Assembly (NCBI RefSeq): GCF_009914755.1
Contig: NC_060943.1
Reading direction: 5' to 3' (one strand)
Length of the DNA stretch: 64,000 nucleotides
DNA from: the human T2T-CHM13v2.0 reference genome, Homo sapiens
Below the pieces are notes generated by a model that was given only the letters and a program-made list of their open reading frames with translations, did not search any database and was not told the DNA's origin. A program made the translations under genes and the position numbers. This document shows, one piece after another, positions 1 to 22,080 of the stretch (the first letter of the stretch is position 1; each line of letters opens with the position of its first letter).

Positions 1-126
1 GTTGGGAGGGAGGCGGGAGCTCCCATCACAAGGACAGTTTGGACCTTGCACGCATCGTCCCCGTCGCTCGCGCCCCTTCCCCCTTCTTGCTGGTTCACTC
101 GCACGTCGTCTTTTCCCCCACCCCAG

Positions 127-229
127 AGGGTGAGCCCCTCAGCGGAGATGGTAATGATCGACCGAATGTTCATTCAGGAGGAGAAGACCACCCTTGCCTT
201 GGATAAACAGCTGGCCAAGGAGAAGCCGG
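127..229 (+). CDS. BICRA: BICRA (GLTSCR1) penultimate coding exon, RVSPSAEMVMIDRMFIQEEKTTLALDKQLAKEKP
   Basis: Acceptor ccccag|AGG at 126/127 and donor CCG G|gtgag at 229/230. Phase 1 joins the next exon as G|AC (Asp). Peptide recognised as the GLTSCR1 C-terminal region. Confidence 0.93.
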
Positions 230-924
230 GTGAGAGGGGGGAGTGAGAGGGGAGGGGAGGGAGAGGTGCCCCCACCCCACCTGGGCAGAAGAGTTAGATT
301 CAGGGCGGGGAGTGGGTGTGTGGCCCTACCTCACTCCACCACTAGGCGGTGCCCCAGCTCCACCTTCCTGCTGGCAGCTGTGCCTCCCCTGACCTCCCGC
401 CTCTCAGACCAGATAGCCCACATCCATCTTCCTCCATCCCTGTGTGGCCCTTCCACCCCCACCACTCTGGGATGGGGGGAATATTTCTGCCACCCCCGTG
501 GGACACAAAACAGGAGAGCAGGCGCCTAGGTTGCAAAATATATAAGGTAACGCCCACTCTTGGGTGCCAGTCCTTTGCTTGGGGACCCTGAGAGTGAGCA
601 CCTCCTTAAGTGTTGCACCTTAGGTGGCTCGCTGGCCTCACTCTAGTCTCCTGTCTGCAGGAAACGGTACAGGCAGATCCCAGCTGCCAGAGTTTCCAGA
701 ATATTCCCTTAGCCTTTGCCCACATTCCAACTCCAGGGCTTCCCTGGATAAAAGCATGGTCCCTGCTTTGTGCTGCCAGGCGCAGGCTTTTTACGTCGAG
801 CTCTGGACCTTAATTTTGAAAAAGTAGTCATTGGTACTTAAATGAGTGCAAAGGGGTGGCCATAGTGAAGGAGGGGCCAGGAGCGAGTCTGAAGTCTCTA
901 GGGTAGGAGAGGAAGGGTAGTTCC

Positions 925-1062
925 GTGGTTAGGGGCTCGATGCTGGAGTCTTGGTTTAAATCCTGGCTCTGCCACTTACTAACTGTGTGACCTTGGGCAA
1001 GTTACTTACCTTCTCTGTGTCTCTGTATTCTCATTTTGTAAAGTGGGGGTTATGATGATCAG
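925..1062 (+). mobile_element. MIR SINE relic
   Basis: MIR core 'aatcctggctctgccacttactaactgtgtgaccttgggcaagttactt'. Confidence 0.8.
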
Positions 1063-1138
1063 CTTACAATCTCTTATCTGACACCCTCGGGGCCTGATAT
1101 GTTCTGGAATCTTTTTGCTTTTAGAAAGGCAATGAGCT

Positions 1139-1182
1139 CACTCCAGCCTGGGCGACAGAGCGAGACTCCGTCTCAAAAAAAA
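1139..1182 (+). mobile_element. Severely 5'-truncated AluY-like insertion with perfect 16-bp target-site duplication
   Basis: Alu 3' end plus A-tail flanked by agaaaggcaatgagct at 1123-1138 and 1183-1198. Confidence 0.9.
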
Positions 1183-1336
1183 AGAAAGGCAATGAGCTAC
1201 CTCAATGCTGTCTTCTGATTTACCCCCAGTGGGTTTGGGGAAGCACTGTGTGATCAAACACACTAGTATTTCTGGAGTGAAATCGATGGGTATCCAGAGT
1301 AGTTGAGATAAATCATGACCATAAATAACCTCATGT

Positions 1337-1885
<549 letters not shown>

Positions 1886-2151
1886 GCCTTGTTTTGTATT
1901 CTCTTAATTTACTTATGTCTGAATGAGCCCCACGTGGCTCGTGGCGCTGTGCCAGGCACAGTGGTTTTAGAGTTGGGGGAATTTGGGCCTTGCTGAAGAG
2001 GGTCTCACCAAGCCTATCCTGAGGATTGGAGGGTCCAGGGTGCAGTCTGGTGCCTGGCAGGTAGTAGGTGCTCACTGCACACAGCTCCTCCCAGCTCGGT
2101 CGGGGGGTCCTCATCCTAACCCCGCGGGTTTTCTTTGCCCCGATTCTGCAG

Positions 2152-3239
2152 ACGAGTACGTGTCTTCCTCCCGCTCGCTCGGCCTCCCCATCGCAGCCTC
2201 TTCCGAGGGTCATCGGCTTCCCGGCCACGGCCCCCTGTCGTCTTCAGCTCCCGGGGCCTCCACCCAGCCCCCTCCACACCTGCCCACCAAGCTTGTGATC
2301 CGGCACGGCGGGGCAGGCGGCTCCCCTTCGGTCACCTGGGCCCGGGCGTCCTCCTCCCTGTCCTCCTCTTCCTCCTCCTCCTCTGCCGCCTCCTCCTTGG
2401 ACGCCGACGAGGACGGCCCCATGCCCTCCCGCAACCGCCCGCCCATCAAGACCTACGAGGCCCGGAGCCGCATCGGGCTCAAGCTCAAGATCAAGCAGGA
2501 AGCCGGGCTCAGCAAGGTCGTGCACAACACGGCCCTGGACCCCGTGCACCAGCCCCCGCCACCCCCCGCTACCCTCAAGGTGGCCGAGCCCCCGCCACGG
2601 CCGCCACCACCACCGCCGCCCACGGGCCAGATGAACGGCACGGTGGACCACCCGCCGCCTGCCGCCCCCGAGCGCAAGCCCCTGGGCACCGCCCCGCACT
2701 GCCCGCGCCTGCCACTGCGCAAGACCTACCGCGAGAACGTGGGGGGCCCTGGCGCGCCGGAGGGGACGCCCGCAGGCAGGGCACGGGGAGGCAGCCCGGC
2801 GCCGCTGCCCGCCAAAGTGGACGAGGCCACCAGCGGGCTCATCCGCGAGCTGGCGGCCGTGGAGGACGAGCTGTACCAGCGTATGCTGAAGGGCCCCCCG
2901 CCAGAGCCCGCAGCCAGCGCCGCCCAAGGCACCGGGGACCCCGACTGGGAGGCGCCCGGGCTGCCCCCTGCCAAGCGGCGCAAGTCCGAGTCGCCCGACG
3001 TGGACCAGGCCAGCTTCTCCAGCGACAGCCCGCAGGATGACACGCTCACCGAGCACCTGCAGAGCGCCATCGACAGCATCCTGAACCTGCAGCAGGCCCC
3101 CGGCCGGACGCCCGCGCCCTCGTACCCCCACGCTGCCTCGGCCGGCACCCCCGCATCCCCGCCGCCCCTGCACAGGCCCGAGGCCTACCCACCCTCCAGT
3201 CACAACGGTGGCCTCGGCGCCAGGACGTTGACCAGATAA
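2152..3239 (+). CDS. BICRA: BICRA last coding exon: Ser/Pro-rich disordered C-terminus with NLS-like PPAKRRKS (2964-2987), ending ...GARTLTR*
   Basis: Acceptor ttctgcag|AC at 2151/2152, in frame with ORF 1983..3239. CpG-rich, GC3-biased codons. TAA at 3237-3239. Confidence 0.95.
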
Positions 3240-4100
3240 CACCGGGCCGCCTCCCCTTCCCCGTCCCCTCCTCCCGAAGACGCCGGGACAGTCGGGTGTC
3301 CGCCCTCAGCCTCCTGGGGACTCGAGCCGGGGATCCCCTGACGGTTTTTCTTGCCTAAGTTATTTGAGTCACAAAGGCCTCCTTCCCTGCCGCCTGCTTC
3401 AGCTGGGTTGCTGGGGGGTGGGCGTGGATTTAGGGAGGGGGCTGTGATGTAAAACGTCTCCCCTGCCAAAGGAGGGGCAAAGTGCTGTGTCAGTTCCTGT
3501 TTCTTCCCATTTCCTGGCACACTCTGCCCCTCTGTCCGGGGGACACGCGCATGTGTTTGCCAGGGATGGGGCCACCGGGTTGATGCCAACGCTCCGGGTG
3601 CCTGTCTTGTCTGTGTGGCTTCTCAGATGGTGGAGGGTGCTGGGAGCTGGCAGGGTCCTTCCAGACAGTCTCAGCCTCTCCCCGCCGCCCCCAACAGGCT
3701 GTCAAACAAAACCGGAGAGGGGGTGGGGGAGCCAGCCTCCCAGCGTGCTGTGCCCGCAGGCACCCGTGTGACATCCGCACGTCCAGCTCCGTGACCTGTG
3801 TGTGTGTGTGTGTGCACAAGTGAGTGAGAGATTTCGAACGCCCACCCCTCGACTTTGAAATCTGAGCAAAACAAGAAACTGGGGTCTTCCTCTCCCCCGA
3901 ACCTCTCCCCAGCTAGTCTTCCCTCTGTTCTTCCTGCCTCCAGCCGCCCGCGCCAGATTTTGAAATCTCGGAGACAAAACTAGTACTGTAAGATAAATTT
4001 TTTTGTACTGTATTTATTGTGTATAACGATTTTTTTAAAGGAGAATTCTGTACATTTAGAACTCTTGTAAATTAAAAACCGATCCTTTTTTTAAAACTGT
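3240..4100 (+). other. BICRA: BICRA 3'UTR, containing (TG)n at ~3797-3814 and an AU-rich distal part
   Basis: Runs from the stop codon to the ATTAAA signal; several UGUA motifs upstream of the signal. Confidence 0.8.
4071..4076 (+). terminator. BICRA polyadenylation signal ATTAAA
   Basis: ATTAAA preceded by TGTA motifs and followed by U/GU-rich sequence (ttgcttttgggtttgtg). Confidence 0.75.
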
Positions 4101-4332
4101 ACTCATGCCCCCTTGGCCCATTGCTTTTGGGTTTGTGAGGGTGGGGGAGTGTTTGGATCTGGGATTGTGAGGCCTTCTTCCGCATGCATCTGTTGAGCAC
4201 CTGCTGAGTACCAGGCCCCGTTCTAGGCTCAGGGGGTTCAACATGAACAAGGCAGACAAGAGTCCCTGCTAAGCCGGTAAGCTGACTTGTTAGTGGGGAA
4301 GGCGGGTGGTAAACAGCTAAGCCAGATCAAGC

Positions 4333-5422
<1,090 letters not shown>

Positions 5423-5632
5423 TTATAAAAAATATATATATATACAAAAATTAGCTGGCATGGTGGCACACGCCTGTAGTCCCAGCTTCTTCAGAGGCTG
5501 AGGCAGGAGAATCGCCTGAACCCAGGAGATGGAGGTTGCAGTGAGACGAGACTGACACTCCAGCCTGGGCAACAGAGTGAGACTCTATCCCCCGACCAAC
5601 AAAAAAAAAGAAGAAAAAAAATCATGCTAGGT

Positions 5633-6410
<778 letters not shown>

Positions 6411-6428
6411 GCAGGGTAAGGAGGTGGG

Positions 6429-7770
<1,342 letters not shown>

Positions 7771-7959
7771 AGTGGGCAAGACAGCTGTCAGGCCCTAGTA
7801 TGCCTTTGTGTGAACTAGAAAAGGGCACCCCTCTCTCCTGGGCCCAGAATTTGAAGAGCAGAGCATGAGCTGGGCTCCAGTCCCCTCTCACCCATTCAGT
7901 GAGTGCCTTGTGCAGTGAACAACCTGCCCAACTGCACATCAGGGCCCTCGGGATCAGGT

Positions 7960-8390
7960 GGGAAGGGAAAGATTCTTTGAGGAGGTGATATTTGAGCAGA
8001 GACATGCAGGAAAAGAGGGAGGAAGCCACAGGAGAGCTCTCAGGGAAGAGCATCCAAGGCAGAGGGAACCGCCAGTGCAAAGGCCCTGTGGCAGGAGCCT
8101 GCCTGGAGTGTCGAGGAACAGCGAAAAAGCCAATGCGGCTGCAGCCCATAAGTGATGGGGAGAGGTCTGGAGGTGAGGTCCGAGGGGGAACAAAGGGCAC
8201 CTCATCGTGCGGGACCGTGTCCTCCATGGGGATGATTTCGCTGTTACACTGAGACGGGAGCTTCAGGAGGGCCCTGAGCGAACTTAGGTTCCCCAGCACC
8301 CTCTGGTGGCTGTTTGCGGGAATAGACGAGGGGTAAGGGTGGAAACCAAGCGCAGCGAGGAGGCAACTGCTGTGAGTCCAGGTGGGTGGT
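7960..8390 (+). mobile_element. L2 LINE relic
   Basis: 'gaggaggtgatatttgagcagaga...ggcagagggaac...tgcaaaggccctg' typical of the L2 3' region. Confidence 0.7.
8296..8309 (-). promoter_or_regulatory. CTCF-like motif, reverse orientation (CCACCAGAGGGTGC)
   Basis: One mismatch to the CCACCAGAGGGCGC core. Confidence 0.45.
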
Positions 8391-8489
8391 TGTGGCGGCT
8401 GGACCGGGGTGATGCACCCTGTTTCTCTGCAGGCCCCTGGAAGTGTTTTGTTTGTTTATTTTTTGGTTGTTTTTAGGACACAGGGTCTC

Positions 8490-13960
<5,471 letters not shown>

Positions 13961-14129
13961 GGCGCCCGACCTGTTATTGTTACTATTATTGCTGCTGCTG
14001 TTGTGATTCCCGTGTTAAGAAGAGAGACAGACTGGGGAGCAGCCCAACGCTGGAGGTGGAGGCGGAATTCGAACCCCAGGCTGGACGCTGGAGCTCTCGC
14101 CCGCCGTGCTAAGGCGTCTTCCCCACTCC

Positions 14130-14143
14130 CCACAAGGGGGCGC
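14130..14143 (+). promoter_or_regulatory. CTCF motif, forward orientation (CCACAAGGGGGCGC)
   Basis: Matches the CCACNAGGGGGCGC core. Confidence 0.65.
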
Positions 14144-14199
14144 CAGAGGCCGGGCGCCCGGTTTTGAGGGGGGCGCCTCGTCCCGCCCCTCCCTCCTGT

Positions 14200-14356
14200 C
14201 CTCCCTCCCGTCCTCCCTGCTCCGGGCCCCACCCGGCTCAGACGGCTCCGGACGGGACCGCGAGCACAGGCCGCTCCGCGGGCGCTTCGGATCCTCGCGG
14301 GACCCCACCCTCTCCCAGCCTGCCCAGCCCGCTGCAGCCGCCAGCGCGCCCCGTCG
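14200..14356 (+). other. EHD2: EHD2 non-coding exon 1 (start approximate)
   Basis: Donor TCG|gtgagt at 14356/14357; no ATG in the exon. Confidence 0.75.
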
Positions 14357-14919
14357 GTGAGTGCTCCCAGCACCGCAGCTGTCGCCTCCCGACCCCCGCC
14401 CAAGCCTGCCCTGGTTCCTCATGCCTGACCCCTGCTCCCTGCCACCCTGTCCCCAGTCTGTAACGGTCTCCCCAGGTGTCCCCCAGTCTTCACCAGTCCC
14501 CCCAGTCTGTAACCATGTCCCCCACTCTTCCCACTCCTCCCACTCTTCCTCCCACTCTTCCTCCAGTCTTTCGCAGCCTCTCACACTCCCCCAGTCTCCT
14601 CCATCCTCCCCCAACACCCCTCCCTATCCCCTGGGCTAGAAGAGATCCTCTCTGCAGGGTCTCCCTCCACGCCCTCATCCATATCAGCTAACTTGGTCCC
14701 TCCAGCCACTCAAGAGCCCCTCTCCTGCCTCACCAGCTCCATCGGCCACCGCTGATAGCATTCTCCCCAGCTCTCTCTCAGGGCCCTCCCTGCCTGGGAC
14801 ACCGCCCAGAGCCCTCTCCCTCTGCCCACATCCCAGATCCTGCCTCTCTTTTCCATTCTTGCCACTCCTTTACGAACTCCTTTTGCTTTTATCTCCCCTA
14901 CTCCCTGGCCACCCCTTTT

Positions 14920-15400
14920 AAGTCTCATGATTTTATGGATTTTAGCATATTTGATTTGCAGTTATTTTGATGCTCAAATTGCCCCATGTTTGGCCACTGG
15001 GCACCCCTGCAAGCTGGGTCCTCTGTCCCTGTAACATGCCCTATCGGCCTTTGAGCACTTCCTCACCTTCTGACCCAGGCTCACTTGTTCTTCCCTGCCC
15101 CCGCCCTGGAATCCACCATTTCTCTAAGGAGTCCCAGGTTCTTTTAGTGGGGAATGGTATTTAGAGACTCCCATCTCACCAAAAGTTGATTCTTTGAAAA
15201 GATCAGTAAAATCATAAGCATCAACGGGGAGCAATCGTTTTTGTTTTTCTTTTTTAAAAAAAGCAAATACCCACACCTGTGGCTGATATCGGGAATGAAA
15301 GAGGGGACATCACTACAGATCCTACGGTGAATAAAAGGCTAGTAAGGGAAGATAGAGAACACAGTCTGGGTGCTGGAGGTGCTCATTGCTCCTGGGTTGG
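14920..15400. mobile_element. Old L1 fragments (L1MC-like 3' end with an L1 ORF2 piece at ~15180-15362)
   Basis: 'ttctttgaaaagatcagtaaaat...gaatgaaagaggggacatcactacagatcc' is L1 ORF2-like. Confidence 0.65.
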
Positions 15401-15557
15401 TCATGGCTAACCTCCCTAACTCAGATCTTTAGACCTATAATAGGATTGCAACCTCTGAGGTCAGGCTGCCTGTGTTTGAGTCCCAGCTTGAGCATTTTCT
15501 AGCTACGTGATCTTGGGTAATTTATTGCTGTCTTCCTGAGCCTCCTTTGCCTTGTTA

Positions 15558-15833
<276 letters not shown>

Positions 15834-15859
15834 CTACAGAGTGAGACTCCATCTCCAAA

Positions 15860-15894
<35 letters not shown>

Positions 15895-16459
15895 AAAGAA
15901 AGAAAAGCAAAGCAAAGCAGGGATGATAATAGACCTACTTTACAGGGTTATAAATGTTAAGTGAGTTAGTACAGTACCTGGCATGCAGTGATCATAAATG
16001 TTGCATTATTTTTCTTGTTAACACCCAACAGCCCTCATGACCTGGGTGCACCCAGGCAACCTTCTCAGCTCCATTTCTCACCCCTCCTCTTTGTGCCCCT
16101 GTGTCTGGCCACCTACCCAGATGTTTCATGGCTCCCAGTACACCAGGACCTTTCACATCCCCAGACCTTTGCACGCACCGTCCTCTCTGCCTAAATCCCC
16201 TTGTCTTGCCTGCTCTTCATGGAGCAGCTCAAAAGTCAACCCTGCCCTGAGTCTTACTGGTGCTGTGGTCTGTTTCTCATGCCCTCCTCTGGATGTCTGG
16301 CATGTGTCTGGGTCCTTACTGGGGGCCCTGGGTGGGTAGGGGATGATCTCTGGCTCATTTCTGGGTCCACAGTGCCTGAAGCATGGAGTGAGTGATTTCA
16401 GTGAAAAGGTGTCAAATGATGGAAGGGAGAAGGGAGGAAGAAATGAATGAAGCGATTAA

Positions 16460-16903
<444 letters not shown>

Positions 16904-17427
16904 TGAGATGGGGTCTTACTCTGTAGCCCAGGCTGGAGTGCAGCGGCATGATCATAGCTCACTGCAGCCTGCAGCCTTGAACTCCTGAGCTCAAGCAATC
17001 CTCCTGCCTCAGCCTCCCAAAGTGCTAGGACTACAGGCATGCACCACCATGCCCAGCTAATTATTTTTTTTGTAGAGATGGGGGTCTCACTATTTTACCC
17101 AGGCTGGTCTTCAACTACTGACCTCAAGCAATCCTCCTACCTCAGCCTCCCAAAATACTAGGATTACAGGTGTGAGCCATCGCGCCTGGCCCAATTCCAT
17201 TCTTCCTCCTGCCACCTGCCATCCATGCTCTGTGACCACATATTTGTGACCACAAATATCTGTGCTCCTCCTCCTCCTCCACCCATCCTGTCACCCAGAC
17301 AGTCTACACTCAGACCCCTTTCTTCCTCCTTGGCTGGGCCGCCTATGCTCATGCCCTCTCCCCCTCCCACAGGCAGCTCTCCATCTGCACGTCTCTCCGT
17401 GAACCCCGTGAGCGGTGTGCAGCCACC

Positions 17428-17831
17428 ATGTTCAGCTGGCTGAAGCGGGGCGGGGCACGGGGCCAGCAGCCCGAGGCCATCCGCACGGTGACCTCGGCCC
17501 TCAAGGAGCTGTACCGCACGAAGCTGCTGCCGCTGGAGGAGCACTACCGCTTTGGGGCCTTCCACTCGCCGGCCCTGGAGGACGCAGACTTCGACGGCAA
17601 GCCCATGGTGCTGGTGGCCGGCCAGTACAGCACGGGCAAGACCAGCTTCATCCAGTACCTGCTGGAGCAGGAGGTGCCCGGCTCCCGCGTGGGGCCTGAG
17701 CCCACCACCGACTGCTTTGTGGCCGTCATGCACGGGGACACTGAGGGCACCGTGCCCGGCAACGCCCTCGTCGTGGACCCGGACAAGCCCTTCCGCAAAC
17801 TCAACCCTTTCGGAAACACCTTCCTCAACAG
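17428..17831 (+). CDS. EHD2: EHD2 exon 2 coding part (exon starts 17373): dynamin-like ATPase P-loop GQYSTGKT and KPFRKLNPF
   Basis: Kozak gccaccATG; acceptor cacag| at 17372; donor AG|gtgtgc at 17831; 404 nt. Confidence 0.97.
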
Positions 17832-17880
17832 GTGTGCCAGCCGCGAGCCCAGGGCGCATCTTTCTTTTTCTTTTTGTTAA

Positions 17881-18144
<264 letters not shown>

Positions 18145-18411
18145 TGAGCCACTGCGCCCGGCCCTGGGGGCACGTCTTTCTGTCCCAGGGGTGCATCTTG
18201 CTGTCCCCCTTCTCTGTCCCCTCCCTGACTGTGTTTCCCTCCTTCTCAGCCCCAATTCCCTTCTCTCTACCCAGTTCTTCTCATGCCTGTCTCTGCTCTC
18301 TTATCCAGGGGAGCACCTAGGCTAGTGAAGTCAGTATGCCTGGTTCAAATCCCGGCCAGCTGGGTGGCCTCAGGCAAATGACTTGACCTCTCTGCCCTTC
18401 TTGTAGCCTCA

Positions 18412-18745
<334 letters not shown>

Positions 18746-18976
18746 TCAGGATCACCATGGTCTCTATGCCATGGTTGCTGTGAGGACTTGGAATAGCACC
18801 TGGTGGCCGGGCGCAGTGTCTCACGCCTGTAATCCCAGCACTTTGGGAGGCTGAGGCGGGCAGATCACTTGAGGCCAGAAGTTTGAGACCAGCCTGGCCA
18901 ACATGGTGAAACCCCGTCTCTACTAAAAATACAAAAATTAGCTGGGTGTGGTGGTGCCCACCTGTAATCCCAGCTA

Positions 18977-19135
<159 letters not shown>

Positions 19136-19323
19136 TCACTGAACATGAGCTGTGGCTGGTTATAACTCTGAGATGGTCCTGGTTGCCCTTTTTCTGTCCG
19201 GTGTCTTTCTTCGCCCATAAAGGATGCTTTGCCATGCGGTCCCGAGTCCCTCTTCATGTTTTCTTCGTGTTTTCCCTCCTTCTGTCCTTCCCTGTTGACC
19301 CCTGACCCTCCCTCTGCCCCCAG

Positions 19324-19421
19324 GTTCATGTGTGCCCAGCTCCCTAATCAGGTCCTGGAGAGCATCAGCATCATCGACACCCCGGGTATCCTGTCGGGTG
19401 CCAAGCAGAGAGTGAGCCGCG
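19324..19421 (+). CDS. EHD2: EHD2 exon 3 (DTPG motif)
   Basis: cag|G TTC ATG ... CGC G|gtgag; 98 nt; phases match. Confidence 0.97.
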
Positions 19422-19427
19422 GTGAGT

Positions 19428-19820
19428 GGGGCCAGACCCTGGGGTCTGAGGGAGGAGGGGCTGGGGCCTGGACTCCTGGGTCTGAGGGAGGAGGGACTGG
19501 GCCCGGACTCCTGGGTCTGAGGGAGGAGGGGCTGGGGTCTGGACTCCTGGGTCTGAGGGAGGAGGGGCTGGGGTCTGGACTCCTGGATCTGAGGGAGGAG
19601 GGGCTGGGCCCAGACTCCTGGGTCTGAGGGAGGAGGGGCTGGGGGCCTGGACTCCTGGGTCTGAGGGAGGAGGGACTGGGGTCTGGACTCCTGGGTCTGA
19701 GGGAGGAGGAGCTGGGGCCTGGACTCCTGGGTCTGAGGGAGAGGGGCTGGGCCTGGACTCCTGGGTCTGAGGTAGGAGGGCCTGGGGTCTGGACTCCTGG
19801 GTCTAGAGGAGGAGGGGCGG
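19428..19820 (+). repeat. MSR1 minisatellite, ~10-11 units of 35-37 bp (ctggactcctgggtctgagggaggaggggctgggg)
   Basis: Head-to-tail units match the 19q13-enriched MSR1 consensus. Confidence 0.9.
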
Positions 19821-20751
19821 TGTCTCCGCTGGGACTTGGGCCTGTGTCCTCTGGCCCTGGCTGGCGGGGCAGCCGCAGGGAGCTAGTGGAAGCTGTGACT
19901 GCTCCATGCTGGCTCGCATTGATGGGTGGGGGAGGTGTGTGGGTGACCACGTGGTGGGAGCGGGCAGGAGCCGCACGTCTGGGCAGGCAGGAAGGATGGG
20001 AAGGGAGAGATGAAGAGGGACAGGGATTCCGAGGCAGTGAGACAGCGACGCAGGGAGACACAAGGCCTGGAGATGAGGCAGAGCCTGGGCAGGGGAGGCA
20101 GAGCCCGGGCAGGGGAGGCTGGGCCCTGCGAGCTCCTGGCTCTGCGTCTGGGCCACAGATGGGGCCGAGAAGGGGATGGGAAGGGAATCTGGGTGGGGGC
20201 CAAGGCCAGGCCTGGAATTTATAAACAGCTGTGCAAGGAGAGTGGCGGGGGGTGGATTCCAGCCGGGGCCTCCGGGCGTGCTGAGCCCTCACCACCCCTG
20301 CCCAGCCCAGCTCAGCATCTGTGGTCCCCCAGCCCCACAGATCTGTGTCCCCCACCCCCCATGGCCTTGGAGGCCCAGAACTGGGGCAAAGGAGGCTGCT
20401 ATGTGGGGCAGAGAGGATGGGAGGCCCTGGCGAGAAGGCTGGGCCTGGGGTGGGGTGGGGACGCTGGGGGTGACCATGTCTCTGGCTGCCGTCCAGAGGC
20501 CCCACGGGAGAAAGGCAGGAGGCAGCTGCAGAAACGATTGGGAGGACACGCTGCCAGCTGAGGGGGAGGAATTCCTGGGGCTCCCACCCCAGGGCCTGGA
20601 CCTGGGACAGCGGGAGGGAGAGGCTCTCTCAGCCAGGGCAGGGGTGCCGGCAGGGGGGTTCAAAGGCCATGGGTGGTGGGGGAGTGGGGAACGGGGTCTC
20701 CCTCCCTGGCCTTGAGGATAGAGGAAGAGGAGGAGAGAGTGTCCAGCTGTT

Positions 20752-22080
<1,329 letters not shown>

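Larger units (their letters stand above)
14090..14400 (+). promoter_or_regulatory. EHD2: EHD2 CpG-island promoter with GC boxes
   Basis: CpG-dense, no TATA box, cccgcccctccc at ~14182, directly upstream of a strong donor. Confidence 0.85.

Noticed and set aside
339-352. CTCF-like CCACTAGGCGGTGC in a BICRA intron
   Set aside because: Two departures from the core consensus; too weak without ChIP data.
2244-3242. 332-aa antisense ORF over the BICRA last exon (similarly 17164..17859 and 55320..56333)
   Set aside because: Antisense shadows of GC3-rich coding sequence, which rarely contain stops; non-ATG or weak starts and no independent gene signals.
19428-19820. CRISPR-like appearance of ~36-bp repeats (also 58103-58244)
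   Set aside because: Units are head-to-tail with no unique spacers, there are no cas genes, and the context is human intronic DNA.
19348-20505. 385-aa minus-strand ORF with repeated PSSLRPRSP
   Set aside because: Produced by the stop-poor MSR1 minisatellite and GC-rich flank; no evidence of coding.
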